DNA of 64,000 nucleotides from Pocillopora damicornis (Eukaryota): NCBI RefSeq assembly GCF_003704095.1, contig NW_020846280.1, positions 434,001 to 498,000 of the forward strand, read 5' to 3'. Shown piece by piece: positions 59,847 to 64,000 of this stretch (position 1 is its first letter; each line of letters starts with the position of its first letter). The notes under the pieces were generated by a model. It saw only the letters and a program-made list of their open reading frames with translations, ran no database searches and was not told where the DNA came from. The position numbers and the translations under genes were made by a program.

Positions 59847-61221
59847 NNNNNNNNNNNNNNNNNNNNNNNNNNNNNNNNNNNNNNNNNNNNNNNNNNNNNN
59901 NNNNNNNNNNNNNNNNNNNNNNNNNNNNNNNNNNNNNNNNNNNNNNNNNNNNNNNNNNNNNNNNNNNNNNNNNNNNNNNNNNNNNNNNNNNNNNNNNNNN
60001 NNNNNNNNNNNNNNNNNNNNNNNNNNNNNNNNNNNNNNNNNNNNNNNNNNNNNNNNNNNNNNNNNNNNNNNNNNNNNNNNNNNNNNNNNNNNNNNNNNNN
60101 NNNNNNNNNNNNNNNNNNNNNNCGTGACTATCTCGCTTAAGCTTCTTCCTTGCAAGTTTTCCCGCGTTATTGAATAAAGTTTTGTTTTTGCTTGTCTTCA
60201 TTTTTCGATTTTATTCCTATACCGTTAAGAGTCAGCATTAAATCTATTATTTTCCACTTAAAACCAGAGTGNNNNNNNNNNATGATCAACGCATCTCATG
60301 TTAACGCCATCAGGCGTCTTGTTATTGATGTAACGCAAGTGTTGAACTGATCAGAATACGTAAAATTTTCTGNNNNNNNNNNTGCTGTTCGGGAACCACG
60401 TTCCTTTTTTCTCTTTTCCTCGCTGGGTTTTGCAGGTTTTCGTGTTCTTAGCTTTGATGCATTTTTTCTACCTTTTTTAGCACAGTTGATATCTGTACAG
60501 ATGTTGAAGCTAAATTAAGGGCACGGTGTAGATATTTTCAATATTTTGTGTCTGGTTGAGTAGTGAAGCCAACATTTACCTTAAAATCGGATCTCGGAGA
60601 TTGATAATAGAAGGATGGAAGACGAATCAGCGTGGCTATTCCCTGAAATTTATCCAACTTCACGGTTTGTTTTTCCTTGGCCTAAAATTTTCTGGTTCGT
60701 TATTTGCAATTTACATTAATCCTTCACACCCCAACATCAGTNNNNNNNNNNTCCACACTGTTCAATACACAAGCAGAATTTGTGTCACAATCAAGAACTC
60801 CCTCAGTTGGTGATCATTTCTTTTATTCTCATGACCCTAACGTGTGATTCAAGCTTGATGATGTAAGGAGAAATTAGATGCTAATCACTCTTAGGAGTTA
60901 AATGGTCAGTCAGTTGTCAGTTTTATGTGGGGATGTCTAAACTCTGAATCACAAAACACACCAGAGATTTGAATTACTTGATTCATCTGATTCTTTATTG
61001 ATTTTGCAAACACGTGAACTCTACAAACAAATGTTAAAATGTTAAAAAAAAAAACCTAAATATAAGTAAATTAGTAAGGTTTTTTTTGCTAGCTGCGATT
61101 TTAAGCACATTTTGTAACATGAAATCAATATGTAATTAGAAAAAAAACGCATATATTTTCATTTCTTGGCTGAGGTTTTTGGATCAGGAGGTTGTCTCAT
61201 TAAACGACTATTGGCCTTCGT

Positions 61222-63263
61222 TCAGCGGCTGCAAGATACGTAAACGCATACCCAACGCCTAACCGGGCAATAATAGTAACCATTAGATGTTCGTTTTATT
61301 ACGTAACGTTGGATATACCAATAGCAGTAGATGCAGAGGTCTCTCTTAACCCTGTCTTTACCACCTGGAAAATGAGAGTGATAACTTTTTACGACTTATA
61401 ATTAACTCTTTGGGAATTAACTCCTCAGCGGTCCCACTTACAAGCGATTAAAAAGAACTCTACACAAAAGCACACAAATACCTTGGATGTTTTCTTTTTC
61501 CACACTCATAGTGACCTTCCTCCTCTTGATGCGATAAATGGGAAATTTGGCACACATTGCAGCCATTTCATCACTCAGAGTGGAACGATCATTCACAGTA
61601 CCAACAACCTCATAATCGTCTTCAGTAGTGTTAACAGATTGTGAGGAACCTGAAGCACTTCGCTGAAAAAGCGATTCAGAAAAGAAATGAGTTGCTTGCC
61701 ATCAAATTTATATTTCAATTTTACTCATTCCATAATCATGATCTTGCTTAAGATTTTAGGTGATAATGGAGTTAAGATCATGTTCGAAGCCCTCAGTTGT
61801 TTTGATGACCGATTCATTTTCCACGAGCACTACAAGAAGTCAAAAACCGGGATATGACAATATGAAAAGACGTCATTTTTATATTAGAGCTTATTGATTA
61901 GCCTAAGCCGGAAGAAGGTCGATAGTCCTTTCGACCATATATGTGTCAGTTATGACATTTAATTTGAGAAAAGCCAAGGAAATTGCCTTCTGAACCCCTA
62001 CCATCAATAAAACTGACACTTTACTGTAAACGATAATTTCAAGGAAACAGAAATGCATCAAAAGACGATGGCTTCATCGTGAACTTCAATGTAAAGTTAG
62101 CGAATCGATCGTTACTCGCGAACAAAGAAAGGAAAGTTACCTTGTCAAGTGCATTTTTGAGGTCTTGAGGCTTTGGAGCGTTTTCAGTGGATTCACTCAA
62201 GAAACAAGCTTTGTGTTCAGGCATTCGGCGCATAACCAAGTTCTGTACGAAAAACATCAGCAAGTAAAGAGTAAACAGTAGCTATGAATTTTAAATAGTA
62301 AAATATCCATTTAAAAATCTTAACTTTCAAACCGCTCTTGGTTATCTCTTTCTAATTGTAGAGCGCCGTACTGCCGTGTGGGAGGTCAAGGTCAAGGTCA
62401 GCGTCTTAAAAATAACCGAGGAGAATGGAGAGGAGTGCTGCCTTTACTATGCTTATTTACTTTGCTATGCTAATTTATTTACTCTTTTAAAGTCATAGAC
62501 TTCGTCCACTTCTCCTGCGCTAGAAGATTTCGTTTTTGGAATGTGATAAGTTTCCGTCTGTTTCTCGGTGTCGATTTTGATTTCTTGTTCATACTCTTCG
62601 TCACCATCTTTGGCTTTAACTTTGTACTTGGACAAAGTTTCCTGTGGAACAAAAGATTACATAATATTTACGTTTATGTTGCTATTGTTCTGGTCTCACT
62701 CACATGGACTTAAACAGCGAACCTGACGTTTCTACAAATTAATTAAAGGAAATGGTCTGAACGCGTTTAACGGCTCAGTATCGGCACAAATTTCAGCTTT
62801 GGACTGCATAGAAAAATTCTTTCAGGATTGTGCGGGAACAACTAAGTCTCCGGAAACCTTTATCACAGTTAAAGACTGATGGCTAAAAATAAACTGACGA
62901 TGAAAGACTGCTAAGCTGCAGATTGATATATGATAGCGAGTATTTTCACTTTTACCTTATCTTCATCTTGGCATTTACAAGCGGGCGCTGCAGATGTGGC
63001 AGCCACGAACAAGGCAAAGAAAAGGAGGTACACCTTCCACTCCTGATGATAAAAGAAAAAAGCATTCGTTAGAAATCCATCATTTTCACGCTGTATAAGT
63101 AAGTCTTTAAAGGAGAGCCCCATCCCTTCTCACAAGTCCAGCTGCATCGTCTAAGCTTCTTTTTCACAGTTTGAGCTACTATCAAAACGGCTGGATATCA
63201 AGCATGCGTATGCATGAAAAAAGTGAAGCTAACTTCAAGTCAATTCGTGTATTTAAGTACCAT
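61222..63263 (-). CDS. Secreted BRICHOS-domain precursor 2 with furin-released cationic beta-hairpin peptide
   Basis: Exons: ATG 63263-63261 (tentative), 63042-62956, 62641-62483, 62242-62141, 61662-61482, 61364-61222, all in frame. Signal peptide (WKVYLLFFALFVAATSA), TETYHIP...VYDFKRNLVM...KACFL and MAAMCAKFPIY, then RVKR/DLCIYCYWYIQRYVIKRTSNGYYYCPVRRWVCVYVSCSR*. TATA-like element at ~63395 and AATAAA at ~60995 on the minus strand. Confidence 0.85.
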
Positions 63264-64000
63264 CTAATGTGCTCACCATCTTTCTGTTGTCCAAACGCTG
63301 GTGACGACCGGCTCTTGAGTTCGTTCTTCTTGTGGCAGAGAAATGATTCCTATTTCCACAGTATATGGATAGGAGTCATAAAGCGGTGTTCTTTTATATC
63401 TTTACAGAACCTCCTATCTTCCTCATTGTTGCAATCTGATATCGTGGATTGATGACAAAACGTCTGGAGTTGCATCGATTCCCTCATAGATTCAGGGCGT
63501 AACTGCTAAAACAGGGTCACAGATCGCAACAGGTCAACCTTACATCAACATACGTAAAAGGAATGCTGCCCCTGGGCAATCGCAATAGGTTCTTTTCACT
63601 GCATTTCCAAACGTGAAGTAGTAGTGATANNNNNNNNNNNNNNNNNNNNNNNNNNNNNNNNNNNNNNNNNNNNNNNNNNNNNNNNNNNNNNNNNNNNNNN
63701 NNNNNNNNNNNNNNNNNNNNNNNNNNNNNAATTACGTGACTGAGTCACTGGTCACGGTGAACTTCAGAATGTGTTGTTATAGACTACGCACAGTCCCCCC
63801 TTTGGGGCGAAGTCCGTCGCGCGATTAAAAAAAACACATCAGAGATTAATTAATTAACACATCAGAGATTAAAAGGGAAAAAAAGATGTTAGCGCGCTAC
63901 CAGGAGCTCTTGGAATGAGGCAAAGTAAGCAATGAGTAAATTTTTTCTTGGTTTATTTTTTTTTCTACCTGCACCACGGACTTCGCTGAAAAGGAGGAAC

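Overview
AT-rich, intron-containing animal genomic DNA with many N gaps. The gene content and repeat families look like a stony coral, probably pocilloporid (inference). In order: (1) a Sushi-Sushi-HYR-HYR-Sushi gene (~704-21772, +) with a frameshift and several damaged splice sites. Its ~16-kb intron holds an intronless 1287-aa gene and a gapped cluster of DIRS/PAT-type tyrosine-recombinase retrotransposon pieces. (2) A cluster of four intronless ~1250-1400-aa paralogues plus one remnant, each with signal peptide, Pmp-like FxxN/GGA beta-helix repeats, Cys-rich stalk and ~8-9 TM segments; it includes a head-to-head pair and a recent tandem duplication. (3) An astacin-ShK protease. (4) SET-only SETMAR-like and EFCAB10 genes head-to-head, with a perfect RFX X-box. 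(5) A divergent GPP34/GOLPH3-family gene that looks more bacterial than animal. (6) Two paralogous secreted BRICHOS precursor genes, assembled by hand from exons only partly visible in the ORF track. Their last exons encode unrelated disulfide-laddered beta-hairpin peptides. One is a furin-released, cationic, Tyr/Trp/Arg-rich 39-mer resembling polychaete arenicin-type antimicrobial peptides. The BRICHOS-peptide pair and the beta-helix multipass receptor array are the best candidates for undescribed systems. All exon models are manual and untested.
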